DNA from: an uncultured Gammaproteobacteria bacterium
GTDB taxonomy: Bacteria; Patescibacteriota; Microgenomatia; Levybacterales; GWA1-39-11
Length of the DNA: 64,000 nucleotides
Assembly (NCBI GenBank): GCA_964511305.1
Contig: CAZEEU010000001.1
Location: 127,214 to 191,213, forward strand
Reading direction: 5' to 3'
Positions 9,586-19,117 of the stretch are shown piece after piece (position 1 is the stretch's first letter; every line of letters begins with the position of its first letter). The notes below the pieces were generated by a model that searched no databases, was not told where the DNA came from, and saw only the letters and a list, made by a program, of their open reading frames with translations. The position numbers and the translations under genes are program-made.

Positions 9586-10595
9586 TCTTTATATCCAACC
9601 AAGCTTTTTGCAAAAAGGTAATAGTAGTAGGTTAATCCGGGACTTCGTTTTATTTCACCTAGAAAAGCGCTATCCTTTATAACTCTTATTTTCTCTTGAA
9701 TTCTCTTTCTCTTGGCAAGAGTTGATTTCAGATTTACAACATTCCAATATATTGCCCTGTTGATGCTTAGGAAAAGGTCAAATCTACCTTTTGGAATAAA
9801 AGATAACGCTGCTGCTTCACACAATATTAAGTGCACTGGTAAGATTTTAATAAGTTCAACAGTCCCAAGGTTCTTTATATAAGAACATATTCTGTTTTTA
9901 AATGAATGAAATTGTATAAAGCCATTATTCATGGCGTTTGAAGTACCTCCAACTTTATGATGTATCACTGACTTCGGAGCATAAACAATTGAATATCCTA
10001 AAAGCCATACTCGATGACAAAAGTCGGTCTCTTCAAAATATGCAAAAAAGTCCTCATCAAATAACCCCACCCTATCGATAACTTCTTTTTTAATCATCAT
10101 GCATGCACCTTTTGCGGTATACAGATAATGAGTAGCGTCATATTTTTTCTTATCTTTTTGAAAATACCCGTAATGATAGAGAAACCCTGTACTTGTGTAA
10201 TATGCTCCAACTGAATCCAGTCTATCCGGATAATCCATGGAAAGAATTTTGCTCTGCACTACCCCTATCTTATCTTCTGCTTCAATTGCTTTAACAAGCT
10301 CAGTTACAAAATCTTTTGTGACTACCGTGTCATTGTTAAGCAACAATACATAATCCCCAGTAACCGCAGGCAGGCCCTTGTTATTACCACCAGAAAATCC
10401 TAAATTTTTCTTGCACTTTACTATTTTTATCTTTGGGAAATTCTCTTCAATATAACGTATTGAATCGTCATGGGAAGCATTATCAACAACTATCGTTTCG
10501 AGATTGGGATAGGTTACTTTCGACAATGATGGAAGACATTTTTTAAGATGAGAAAGTCCGTTCCAATTTACAATAATAATTGAGACTTTTTTCAT
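9582..10595 (-). CDS. Glycosyltransferase family 2 (rhamnosyltransferase/WbbL-like subfamily)
   Basis: 'VSIIIVNWNGLSHLKKCLPSL…IVVDNASHDDS', '…LLLNNDTVV…' and 'FDEDFFAYFEETDFCHRVWLLGY' are typical GT2 motifs (DxD region and C-terminal ED/DFC box). Confidence 0.9.
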   Translation of the reverse strand: MKKVSIIIVNWNGLSHLKKCLPSLSKVTYPNLETIVVDNASHDDSIRYIEENFPKIKIVKCKKNLGFSGGNNKGLPAVTGDYVLLLNNDTVVTKDFVTELVKAIEAEDKIGVVQSKILSMDYPDRLDSVGAYYTSTGFLYHYGYFQKDKKKYDATHYLYTAKGACMMIKKEVIDRVGLFDEDFFAYFEETDFCHRVWLLGYSIVYAPKSVIHHKVGGTSNAMNNGFIQFHSFKNRICSYIKNLGTVELIKILPVHLILCEAAALSFIPKGRFDLFLSINRAIYWNVVNLKSTLAKRKRIQEKIRVIKDSAFLGEIKRSPGLTYYYYLFAKSLVGYKE

Positions 10596-11311
10596 ATAGA
10601 TGCAGTCTTAACTGCCCGTATGTCAATTTCGGCAAACCCTTTATTTCTATAATCTCTTCTAACTAATGCGTCAATCAATCTATTCCTTGGTTCTTTTTTA
10701 CCTAATGCGTGTTTAAAAAAGTACAAAATTAAAATTGATAGTGTGGTATAAAAACCTGCATTATATTTTATGTCTTTTACAGTAAAACCAGACAGCTGTA
10801 GCAATGAGAGTAATTCTTTTTTTGAGTAATGTCTATGCCCAAAAAAGAATGCAGGGTCCAAAACATTAGAAAGCAAATTATTATTCATTGTATTTATAAA
10901 GAGTGTTCCATTTTTCTTCATAGAGCGATTGATATTTATTAAAGAGACTAATTCACTTCCTCTTGGTATATGCTCAATGACCATGAAATACAATACAACG
11001 TCAAATTCTTCTTTTTTAGGAAGAGCATCTACTATTGAATGTTTGTAGAATTTAAATTTAGGAAATTTTTTTGTTGCCGTTTTTAGTGGCGCACTTTCTA
11101 TATCTATTCCAGTGACATTGCACTTTTCTTTTATCATTAGTTCTTCCAATGGCCCACTCCAACAGCCGATATCTAACACTGCTTTATTAAGAATATAGGG
11201 ACGAATCCAGTTGAATAAAAAATAATGTCCTGGCACTAACACATTCTCTCCATCTCGAGAGGCAACATACTTCATTCTAGACTGCATATTATAATTAAAA
11301 CATTCTATCAA
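10592..11311 (-). CDS. Class I SAM-dependent methyltransferase
   Basis: 239 aa with motif I 'VLDIGCWSGPL' and '…DVVLYFMVIEHIP…'. It overlaps the upstream GT2 by 4 bp. Confidence 0.8.
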   Translation of the reverse strand: MIECFNYNMQSRMKYVASRDGENVLVPGHYFLFNWIRPYILNKAVLDIGCWSGPLEELMIKEKCNVTGIDIESAPLKTATKKFPKFKFYKHSIVDALPKKEEFDVVLYFMVIEHIPRGSELVSLININRSMKKNGTLFINTMNNNLLSNVLDPAFFFGHRHYSKKELLSLLQLSGFTVKDIKYNAGFYTTLSILILYFFKHALGKKEPRNRLIDALVRRDYRNKGFAEIDIRAVKTASI

Positions 11312-11358
11312 ACTACTCTATTGATAAAAAGGAGTTGTTTGTCTAAAATCAAGATCAT
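11312..11358. promoter_or_regulatory. Divergent intergenic region between the minus-strand methyltransferase and the plus-strand epimerase; presumed divergent promoters
   Basis: A 47-bp AT-rich spacer lies between two divergently oriented start codons and contains a 'TAAAAT' -10-like hexamer. This is positional inference only. Confidence 0.3.
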
Positions 11359-12318
11359 ATGAAAGTACTAATTACCGGAGGAAATGGATTTATTGGAAGT
11401 TCGGTCGCACACAAACTTTTAAAACGAGGCTATGAAATAGGGGTACTTGATAATGATTCAAGTTTTATAAATAAGCCTAAATACCACAAAGCAGCTCTTG
11501 AGCACAGAAAAAAACTTTTTAAAAATAAAATTTCGTATAGTCTTAAAGGTGACATCCGCAACAAATCGCATGTAAAAAGAGCCTTCGATGAATTTCAGCC
11601 AAATATAGTAGTGCATTTGGCAGCAATACCAATGGCACGACCACTGCCAGAATTTGAAGAAGAGATGATTCCAATAACCCTTTATGGCACGCTAAATGTA
11701 CTTGAAGAATTTGAAAAATGTGAGTCCGCAACTAAGATTGTCTACACATCATCAAGTATGACCTATGGACATTTCACAAAGAGTCCACAGCCTGAGGATG
11801 TAATGCTTAATCCAATAAATAGTTACGGAGCCTGCAAAGCTGCTGGTGAATATTTTGTAAAACTCTCAAAGAAAGAATGGGTAATCGTCAGACCAACCTC
11901 TGTATACGGATATGCTGATGCCGCCAACAGAGTAACACAACTACTTCTGGACGCTGCACTCAATAATAAATCCGCTTGGGTTGTAAGAGGAGAAACACTC
12001 GACTTTTCCTACATCGAAGACGTTGCAGAAGGATTTGCACTTGCTGTTGAGCGCCCAAGTGCTGTATACCAAACATTTAATATTTCAAAGGGAGAACCAA
12101 GATCTGCATCAGACTTTGCTGAGATACTTAAAAAACACTTTCCTAAATTCACATATGACGTGAAAGAACCAACTGTTCAGCAAGTTTTTCGTGGAGCACA
12201 AGATATAACAAAAGCAAAGGACTTCTTGAATTTTTCTCCGAAGTTCAACATTGAGGATGGAATTGAAGATATTCTACGCCTTGTTGAAGAGTACAACTGG
12301 AAGAAAGACGCATACTAA
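11359..12318 (+). CDS. NAD-dependent sugar epimerase/dehydratase (extended SDR)
   Basis: N-terminal Rossmann 'MKVLITGGNGFIGSSVAHKLL' and the catalytic 'YGACKAAGE' (YxxxK) motif. 319 aa. Confidence 0.9.
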   Translation: MKVLITGGNGFIGSSVAHKLLKRGYEIGVLDNDSSFINKPKYHKAALEHRKKLFKNKISYSLKGDIRNKSHVKRAFDEFQPNIVVHLAAIPMARPLPEFEEEMIPITLYGTLNVLEEFEKCESATKIVYTSSSMTYGHFTKSPQPEDVMLNPINSYGACKAAGEYFVKLSKKEWVIVRPTSVYGYADAANRVTQLLLDAALNNKSAWVVRGETLDFSYIEDVAEGFALAVERPSAVYQTFNISKGEPRSASDFAEILKKHFPKFTYDVKEPTVQQVFRGAQDITKAKDFLNFSPKFNIEDGIEDILRLVEEYNWKKDAY

Positions 12319-13808
12319 TGGTTTATTATTTAGGGGTACTCATACCTCTTCTTGGTTTTATACTTCAGGCCTACCCACGACTCATAAATAAATCCTTTGG
12401 AGTGGATGTGTGGACACGCCTCCTTGAGATTGACGCAATACGAAATGCCAACCATAGAGTTCCAGATAAAGTTGAAAAGGGATTTATTATAGAGGGACAT
12501 TTCGATTATCCTCCGGTTTTTCCTTTTATTTTTTCTTTTATCTCAAGAAAGGCTATTATTAGATTTCAAGGATACATTTCCCCTCTTATTGATTCATTTC
12601 AGACCTTTTTCGTTTTTGTTTTTTGTTATCAAATTACAAATTCACTAGCAATGTCATTGCTTGCTCAATTAATTTATATACTCACACCAATGATTGCCGT
12701 TGAGAATAGCTATCTCACTCCTCGCTCTCTCGGATACCTAACATTTACCCTAGCTTTTTATCCTCTTATCTTAAATCAACTTAATCCTTCAAACCTCACA
12801 TTATTAAGCGGCGTAATTTTCGCAGTTTTATTATTTCTCACACACAGATTCGCCTTGCAGTCTTACGTAATATTATGCCTACTCATGGGCGCACTAACGG
12901 GTTCATTGCATTTTTTTGCTATTCCCGTTGTGTCATTTATTCTCGCTGTTATTATTACCAAGGGGTACTATCTGAGGGTACTTAAAGGTCATCTATCTAA
13001 CATTTACTTCTGGGTAATAAATTATAAGTATCGCTTTGCTCATCAAATCTATGGACTCCGCGAAAGTAAAAAAAATGATTGGGTAGCGGTCGTATACAAG
13101 CTTCTTTCTGAATTCTCACCAATATTCCTTCTTTTTACAAATGTATGGGCCGCCTCTGCATTCGTTTTTATATATCTATATATTGGAACTAGCATATTCC
13201 AAGACTCTCCGATTTTAGTTTACTTTGCATTCTGGGTAGCCTTTTGCTATATCCTTGGAGCTATTATCTTAAGATTTAAAGTACTAATACCAATAGGTGA
13301 AGGTCAACGGTATCTTGAAATGGCAACGCTACCTAGTGCAATTCTCACATCATATCTTGCCTTTTACTTTTACGGCATTTACGGCACTATAGTAATTTTC
13401 CTTGGCGGATTTATACTTGCCTCCAACTTGGCCTTAATACTTTACATCCAAATAAAGGGGGTAATTAACGACAAAAATAGATCTCTTACTCCAGAACTTG
13501 AAAAAATGTATAGCTTTATTAACAGGTTGCCAGAAAAAAGACCTAGAATAATGTGCATACCTCATCAAATAACAACGATGACAGTTTTTCATACAAAGGC
13601 GGACGTATTAGTAAATGCAGACAATCCAGGTCTTATGAAACTTTCAGACTTTTACCCAATACTTAACGTAGACCTACAAACTCTTCAGAAAAAATATCAG
13701 CTAGACTATATACTTTTAAGAGAGAACTTTGCAAAGGAAAAGGATTTACCAATAAGCAAAACACAAACAATCTTTACCTCTGGGGACATTCAACTCCTTA
13801 AATTCTAA
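12318..13808 (+). CDS. Polytopic membrane protein of an uncharacterised family (paralog of 13805..15274)
   Basis: 496 aa with many TM helices. It shares with its convergent neighbour the motifs 'YPRL(I/V)N..FGVD(V/I)WT', 'YDYPP', 'TPRSLGY', 'GEGQRYLE' and 'CIPHQITT'. Confidence 0.75.
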   Translation: MVYYLGVLIPLLGFILQAYPRLINKSFGVDVWTRLLEIDAIRNANHRVPDKVEKGFIIEGHFDYPPVFPFIFSFISRKAIIRFQGYISPLIDSFQTFFVFVFCYQITNSLAMSLLAQLIYILTPMIAVENSYLTPRSLGYLTFTLAFYPLILNQLNPSNLTLLSGVIFAVLLFLTHRFALQSYVILCLLMGALTGSLHFFAIPVVSFILAVIITKGYYLRVLKGHLSNIYFWVINYKYRFAHQIYGLRESKKNDWVAVVYKLLSEFSPIFLLFTNVWAASAFVFIYLYIGTSIFQDSPILVYFAFWVAFCYILGAIILRFKVLIPIGEGQRYLEMATLPSAILTSYLAFYFYGIYGTIVIFLGGFILASNLALILYIQIKGVINDKNRSLTPELEKMYSFINRLPEKRPRIMCIPHQITTMTVFHTKADVLVNADNPGLMKLSDFYPILNVDLQTLQKKYQLDYILLRENFAKEKDLPISKTQTIFTSGDIQLLKF

Positions 13809-15274
13809 AGCGTAATCATTAGATAGTTACCAAATTTCTTTTCAACTGTATATTTTTTAAGCTTCAAATCCTGGATAGAAGCATATTCTTCATTAAGAAT
13901 GATTGCATCAAGATCATGTTTTTCCATAACTTTTGCTACATCAAGCTTCATATAAGGATACACATCAGAGATTTTTGAGATATTTGTATAATCTGCATTC
14001 ACAAAAACAGAGCAACCCGTGTGGTATATCACATTAGTTGTGATTTGATGCGGTATGCAAAGGAGTCGAGGCTTCTTTTTCTGACCACGCAAATATTTAA
14101 ATAACTCCTCAAGCTCTGGGGTAATTGTCCTTAATCTGTCTTTTATAATTGCTTTTCGTTGGATTACAACAATTGTTACTATGCAAAGGGCGATAATAAA
14201 TGAATACAGCCCAACCACAAAAGGGTTTTTTGCATTAAAAAATTCCAGGAAAAGTTGAGCTGCTACAAAGGCAGCTGGAAAAGCGGATAACTCAAGATAT
14301 CTCTGCCCCTCTCCAAGAAATCTTAGCTTATGAACCCACAATGTTAGAATTGCAAGCACATAGGATGTTAGCACCCAAACAATAAGATAATTTACAATTC
14401 CACTACGAGATCCTATGAAAAGATAAAAAATACTTGCTATAACCCAGGGGTTAGTAATAGCAAGAATAAAGGGAGGGAATTTAAGGAACTGGTTATATAA
14501 ATTGAATACAAAATCATTACTCGAATTTTTAGCAGGTGCACCTTTTATTTGGTGATAAAATCTAAAGTCAATTACGTTATACCAAAACTTTAGATTACCC
14601 AGATGACCACGCAGGACCTTTAAATAAAACTTTCGGGAAATAATTATGGCAAGAGTAAATGACAGCACAAAAGCAAAAATATAGCTTACAGTGCCAAAAA
14701 ATATTGAAAAGATAATTGAGTAAAAAAGAAATCCTTGAGACGTAAATCTGTGCGAAAGAAATATCAAAGATCCTACCAAAATTGCGCCAACTAATAAATA
14801 GTAATTCTGGCTAACTCCAAAGAAATATAAGAGCATAAAGGTAATTGTGAATAGAGTGTACCCAAGTGATCTTGGAGTCGCACTAGAGTTCTCAAGAACT
14901 ACAATCGGAGTAACTACATAAAGCAGTTGAGTAAGTAGTGCTAGATAAATGTTTTGAGTAAGTCCCAAAACTAAACCAAATATTAAAAAAAGGTGCAGTG
15001 AGTCAAAAATGGGTGAAAAAAGGAATTCATATTTTTCAACAATTGGTATTGGAATTCTTGATAGCAATGTAATAAATGCTGGAGGATAATCATATTCACC
15101 TGGTACTAAAAATCCGCCTTCGATTTTTTTTGGAATTCCCTTTTGTCGCTTGTACTCTTTTAAATATAACAGATGAGTCCATATATCCACGCCGAATTTA
15201 CGATTAACCAGTCTTGGATATGACTCAAACAGTATTGCAATTAATGGAACAATAAGGCCTAGCAAAATAATCAT
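13805..15274 (-). CDS. Polytopic membrane protein of an uncharacterised family (paralog of 12318..13808)
   Basis: 489 aa with the same conserved motifs as 12318..13808. The two genes converge and overlap by 4 bp. Confidence 0.75.
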   Translation of the reverse strand: MIILLGLIVPLIAILFESYPRLVNRKFGVDIWTHLLYLKEYKRQKGIPKKIEGGFLVPGEYDYPPAFITLLSRIPIPIVEKYEFLFSPIFDSLHLFLIFGLVLGLTQNIYLALLTQLLYVVTPIVVLENSSATPRSLGYTLFTITFMLLYFFGVSQNYYLLVGAILVGSLIFLSHRFTSQGFLFYSIIFSIFFGTVSYIFAFVLSFTLAIIISRKFYLKVLRGHLGNLKFWYNVIDFRFYHQIKGAPAKNSSNDFVFNLYNQFLKFPPFILAITNPWVIASIFYLFIGSRSGIVNYLIVWVLTSYVLAILTLWVHKLRFLGEGQRYLELSAFPAAFVAAQLFLEFFNAKNPFVVGLYSFIIALCIVTIVVIQRKAIIKDRLRTITPELEELFKYLRGQKKKPRLLCIPHQITTNVIYHTGCSVFVNADYTNISKISDVYPYMKLDVAKVMEKHDLDAIILNEEYASIQDLKLKKYTVEKKFGNYLMITL

Positions 15275-15282
15275 TTAAAGTT

Positions 15283-15984
15283 TTACCGAGAGCTTTTACT
15301 CCAGGCGAAAGTGAGATATGTTTCAATTGCTTTAAAACCACATGATGCGTATGCTCGAATTGCAGAAATATTCTGAATTTGAGTTTCAATCTTGGCATTA
15401 TCTCCTCCACTGTCCTTAATGTACGATAAGGCGGATTTGACGAGCATTTTACCAATCCCATTACCTTGAAATTCTTTACCAACAGCAATAAGCGGTATAT
15501 GCTCTCCCTTAATTGTCACATATCCAGCAATCATGCCGTTCTGTTCAAAAACTAAAACTCGGTCGGCAACATCTGAGGATACAGAATTTTCAACCCAGCG
15601 TTTATATATCTCTTGGGCTTTATTATTGCTAATAATTGGATCATTAAAAAATCTTGTTGAATCAAATGCATGTCCACTTATTTGTTTTAGCCGTTCTATA
15701 TCTTCTATTATTGCTTCTCTAACATTTTTTGACTCATATGTTTCAAGACTACTATTTTCAAAATTAATCGCACCATCTACAAGCAAAAAGCCATTTTTTT
15801 CTAAGGCATGCGCGATGTCTAACCTTTTTGAAGAAAATCTATAGGTGGCATATTCAATGCTACCTTCTATTAATGCAGCAACTAATCCCACAACGTCATT
15901 AGGAGAATTAATCTCAGTTATTTTAGCCGTAGAAAATCCAAGGATTTCAGTATCAAATGGGTCGTTATGCCAAGAAAATTGCAT
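15283..15984 (-). CDS. GNAT-family N-acetyltransferase, WecD-like (amino-sugar N-acyltransferase)
   Basis: 233 aa with the GNAT acetyl-CoA motif '…IAVGKEFQGNGIGKMLV…'. Its position immediately downstream of a sugar aminotransferase, with a 1-bp overlap, supports the role. Confidence 0.75.
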   Translation of the reverse strand: MQFSWHNDPFDTEILGFSTAKITEINSPNDVVGLVAALIEGSIEYATYRFSSKRLDIAHALEKNGFLLVDGAINFENSSLETYESKNVREAIIEDIERLKQISGHAFDSTRFFNDPIISNNKAQEIYKRWVENSVSSDVADRVLVFEQNGMIAGYVTIKGEHIPLIAVGKEFQGNGIGKMLVKSALSYIKDSGGDNAKIETQIQNISAIRAYASCGFKAIETYLTFAWSKSSR

Positions 15985-17144
15985 TATTTGCTCTTGAAGT
16001 TTGTAACAATTTCAATAAGTGTATCCGCAACGTAATTTACTTCTTCGATTGTCATTTTGGGATACAAAGGAAGTGTTAGCATTTTTTTAAATACTTTTTG
16101 GGCTACTGGGAAGTCTGACGGTTTGACTTTTAAGTCTTTTTTATAGAAACTTAGTTCATAAAGTGGCATATAGTATACATTTGCCCCTATATTGCGCTTT
16201 TTCATTTCCTCAACAATTTGGTCCCTAGTAATTGTAAGTTTTGAAATGTCAATTTGAACCGTATAGAGATTTCTGGCATGTCTATTCGATGTATCGTTAT
16301 GAGGTACTCGAATTTCTGCTATTTTTGAAAATTTCTCATCATAGATAGATGCGTATTTTTGTCTAACAGCGATAAATTTATCAAGTTTTTTGAGCTGTTG
16401 AATTCCTAACGCTGCTTGGATGTCTGTCATGTTAAATTTATATCCTGGCAAAGAAACGTCATATCGCCAACTCCCAACTGCTGAATGTCTTTTCCATGCA
16501 TCTTTACTCATTCCATGAAGTCTTAAAAGACAGAGTTTGTCGTATAAATTCTTGTTGTTCGTCGTAACCATACCACCATCCCCAGTTGACATATTTTTTA
16601 TCGCATGAAATGAGAAGACCGTCGCGTCACCAATGTTACCTATTCTTGTCCCTTTATATTCTGTGCCTACCGCAGTTGCTGCATCTTCGATAATAAGCAG
16701 CTTGTATTTTTTGGCTAAACTTTTTACTTTAGCCATATCAACTGCTTGTCCTCCATAATGCATTATCATCAAAGCCTTTGTCTTTTTTGTGATTTTTTCT
16801 TCAATCTTTGAAACATCAATATTTAACGAATCCTCCATAACGTCGACAAAAATAGGTACTCCTCCAAGCTGGACAATTGGATTTGCTGTGGCAGCAAAAG
16901 TAAGAATAGTTGTTATAACTTCATCACCTTTTGAGATACCTGATGCAAGAAGTGATAGGAATAGACCTGCGGTACACGAGGACATTGCCACTGCATACTT
17001 ACTACCAACATACTTTGCAAAATCTTCTTCAAATTGATGTGTTCTCGGGCCTAATGTTACCCAGCCCGAATCCAAAGCATCGAGAACTTCATCTTTTTCC
17101 TCTTTTCCAAAAAGTGGTTGTGCAAACGGTATAAATTTATCCAT
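15984..17144 (-). CDS. DegT/DnrJ/EryC1/StrS-family sugar aminotransferase (ArnB/WecE/PglE-like)
   Basis: 386 aa with '…DALDSGWVTLGPRTHQFEEDFAKYVGSKYAVAMSSCTAGL…' and the canonical Lys motif 'VFSFHAIKNMSTGDGG'. Confidence 0.9.
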   Translation of the reverse strand: MDKFIPFAQPLFGKEEKDEVLDALDSGWVTLGPRTHQFEEDFAKYVGSKYAVAMSSCTAGLFLSLLASGISKGDEVITTILTFAATANPIVQLGGVPIFVDVMEDSLNIDVSKIEEKITKKTKALMIMHYGGQAVDMAKVKSLAKKYKLLIIEDAATAVGTEYKGTRIGNIGDATVFSFHAIKNMSTGDGGMVTTNNKNLYDKLCLLRLHGMSKDAWKRHSAVGSWRYDVSLPGYKFNMTDIQAALGIQQLKKLDKFIAVRQKYASIYDEKFSKIAEIRVPHNDTSNRHARNLYTVQIDISKLTITRDQIVEEMKKRNIGANVYYMPLYELSFYKKDLKVKPSDFPVAQKVFKKMLTLPLYPKMTIEEVNYVADTLIEIVTNFKSK

Positions 17145-17173
17145 TTATTATTACTAATTATACATTAAATATT

Positions 17174-18298
17174 TTACTTGCCAGGTCTAATTTGACCATT
17201 TATTAGCTTGAAGCTCTCCCTACCAGCTTCTTCCCAACTAAATTTCTTTGACCACAATATTGCTTCTTTACACATTTTTTTGTACGTCAAATCATCTTCC
17301 AGTAGAGATAATGTTCCGGAGTACAAGCTTTCGATATTTTGTTCAACCAACCTTCCCGTCTTGCCATCAACAATAGAATCTACAAGTCCTGCAACTCTAT
17401 ATCCAATTGCCGGAGTTCCAACCGAGTTTGCCTCAATAACATTAAGTCCCCACCCTTCTTTAATGGATGGGTGAATGAGTAATTTGGACTTAGATAATAT
17501 ACTGAATTTTTGATCTTCAGTTACAAATCCCACAATCGTACAGTACTGACCAAGCTTCCTTTTCTTGATCATATTCACAATATGATCTTGATACTGTTCT
17601 GACTCACTTTTACCAATTATGGTCAGATGAACATTCTTATGTTTTTTGGAGATTCTATCTACAACTTCGATTGCATCTTCGATACCTTTGTCCTTTGATA
17701 TTCTTGCCAAAAAAACGAGGTTATGCGGAATTTTCTTTGCAACTAATGATCTTTTCCATGGTGTAAATCCATGATGAATGACATGTATCTTTTTTGAAGA
17801 AAGCCCTACTTTTAAAAGATCGTCTCGTGCTGACTCAGAGCCAGTTATAAAAGATTGTTTTTTGTATTTTCTAATAATAAAAGGTTCCAAAATAAATCCA
17901 ATTGCTGCAAGAGGGAAAAAAAGATTCTCAAACCAAATTTTACCGGCAACCTCATTAATAAGACCAATTACTTTAGGTTTGCCTCTATAAAAAATCGAGA
18001 AATATGGGAAGAAGTGAAAACAATCAATAATAACATCGTAATGTTTTTTGCTTCGCAAGAAGAAAATGAAAAATTGTATAAAACTTGTAAAGTGACTACC
18101 TCGACGTATATATAGAATTCCGTCCTTATTCTCCTCTCCCTTGCTCCCTTTGTAGCTTGAGGCACACCATGTAATTTGTGCCCCCTTGCTCTTCCAATAT
18201 GAAGCGTGGTGAAATAGTGATATCTCGGCGCCACCAGCTAACGGATGTTGTGGATCTCGCCAGTTGAGGATTAGTATGTTCATTTTCCTTGTAGCCAA
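17174..18298 (-). CDS. Glycosyltransferase family 4 (GT-B, retaining)
   Basis: 374 aa with the EX7E-region motif 'PSIKEGWGLNVIEANSVGTPAIG…GKTG'. Confidence 0.85.
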   Translation of the reverse strand: MATRKMNILILNWRDPQHPLAGGAEISLFHHASYWKSKGAQITWCASSYKGSKGEENKDGILYIRRGSHFTSFIQFFIFFLRSKKHYDVIIDCFHFFPYFSIFYRGKPKVIGLINEVAGKIWFENLFFPLAAIGFILEPFIIRKYKKQSFITGSESARDDLLKVGLSSKKIHVIHHGFTPWKRSLVAKKIPHNLVFLARISKDKGIEDAIEVVDRISKKHKNVHLTIIGKSESEQYQDHIVNMIKKRKLGQYCTIVGFVTEDQKFSILSKSKLLIHPSIKEGWGLNVIEANSVGTPAIGYRVAGLVDSIVDGKTGRLVEQNIESLYSGTLSLLEDDLTYKKMCKEAILWSKKFSWEEAGRESFKLINGQIRPGK

Positions 18299-19056
18299 TT
18301 TTTTTGATTACTTTTTCTATAGTATTTAATAATTCTAACTCTATAAAATACAGCGAGAGTATCCCACAGCATATGAAGAACGACCGTCCATAGAGTTGTT
18401 GAGGTTATTGTATTTGCCCCTTTAAATCGAAGCTTAATGGGAGCCTCATAGATTCTTTTGTAGCCAAGAGCATAGGCAAGTGCAAAAATTTCGACATCAA
18501 ATGCAAAAGTCTTGACTAAAAGTCTTGGAAAAACATCCCGCACTACCTTTGCTTTGTAAAACTTTATGCCTGTTTGGGTATCTCTTAATTTAAATCCGAA
18601 TAAAATACGGGTAAAAGTCCGGTATCCCCAGGAAAGAATTTTTCTGTAAAATGGGTAATCAACCTTAGAAACAGGGTGCATCTTGCTTCCAACAATAATA
18701 TCAGCATCGTACCAAATCATATGATTTAAGAGCATGGAGACACCAGTTGGATCAATATCTAACCCCGCATCCATAAAGCCTATTATGTCTCCGCTTGCCT
18801 TCAGAGCTCCATAACGCACAGCATATCCTTTCCCTTGGTTGAATTTATATTGATAAACTTTAACCCGGGACGAGGCATGTCTTTTGATTCGTTCATATGT
18901 ATCATCAAGCATGCCATCTACTACAACTATTATTTCAAATGAATAGTCTAGTTCTTCCATTACAGATACCAGCTTTTTGACATTTTGAACAATTGTCTTT
19001 TCTTGTTTGTAAGCAGGAATAATGAGGGAAATTGTTTGAAGTTTTCTTTTAGGCAT
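18280..19056 (-). CDS. GT2 polyprenyl-phosphate sugar synthase-like (DPM1/GtrB/CsbB-type)
   Basis: 'ISLIIPAYKQEKTI…IIVVVDGMLDDT…YKFNQGKGYAVRYGALKASGDIIGFMDAGLDIDP'. It is a short (258-aa) soluble-type GT2. Confidence 0.8.
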   Translation of the reverse strand: MPKRKLQTISLIIPAYKQEKTIVQNVKKLVSVMEELDYSFEIIVVVDGMLDDTYERIKRHASSRVKVYQYKFNQGKGYAVRYGALKASGDIIGFMDAGLDIDPTGVSMLLNHMIWYDADIIVGSKMHPVSKVDYPFYRKILSWGYRTFTRILFGFKLRDTQTGIKFYKAKVVRDVFPRLLVKTFAFDVEIFALAYALGYKRIYEAPIKLRFKGANTITSTTLWTVVLHMLWDTLAVFYRVRIIKYYRKSNQKNWLQGK

Positions 19057-19117
19057 TGGCTTTTTTGATATTTTAAGTTAGTGCTTGTGATTAAGCAATG
19101 GCTCAGTTAAATATAAG

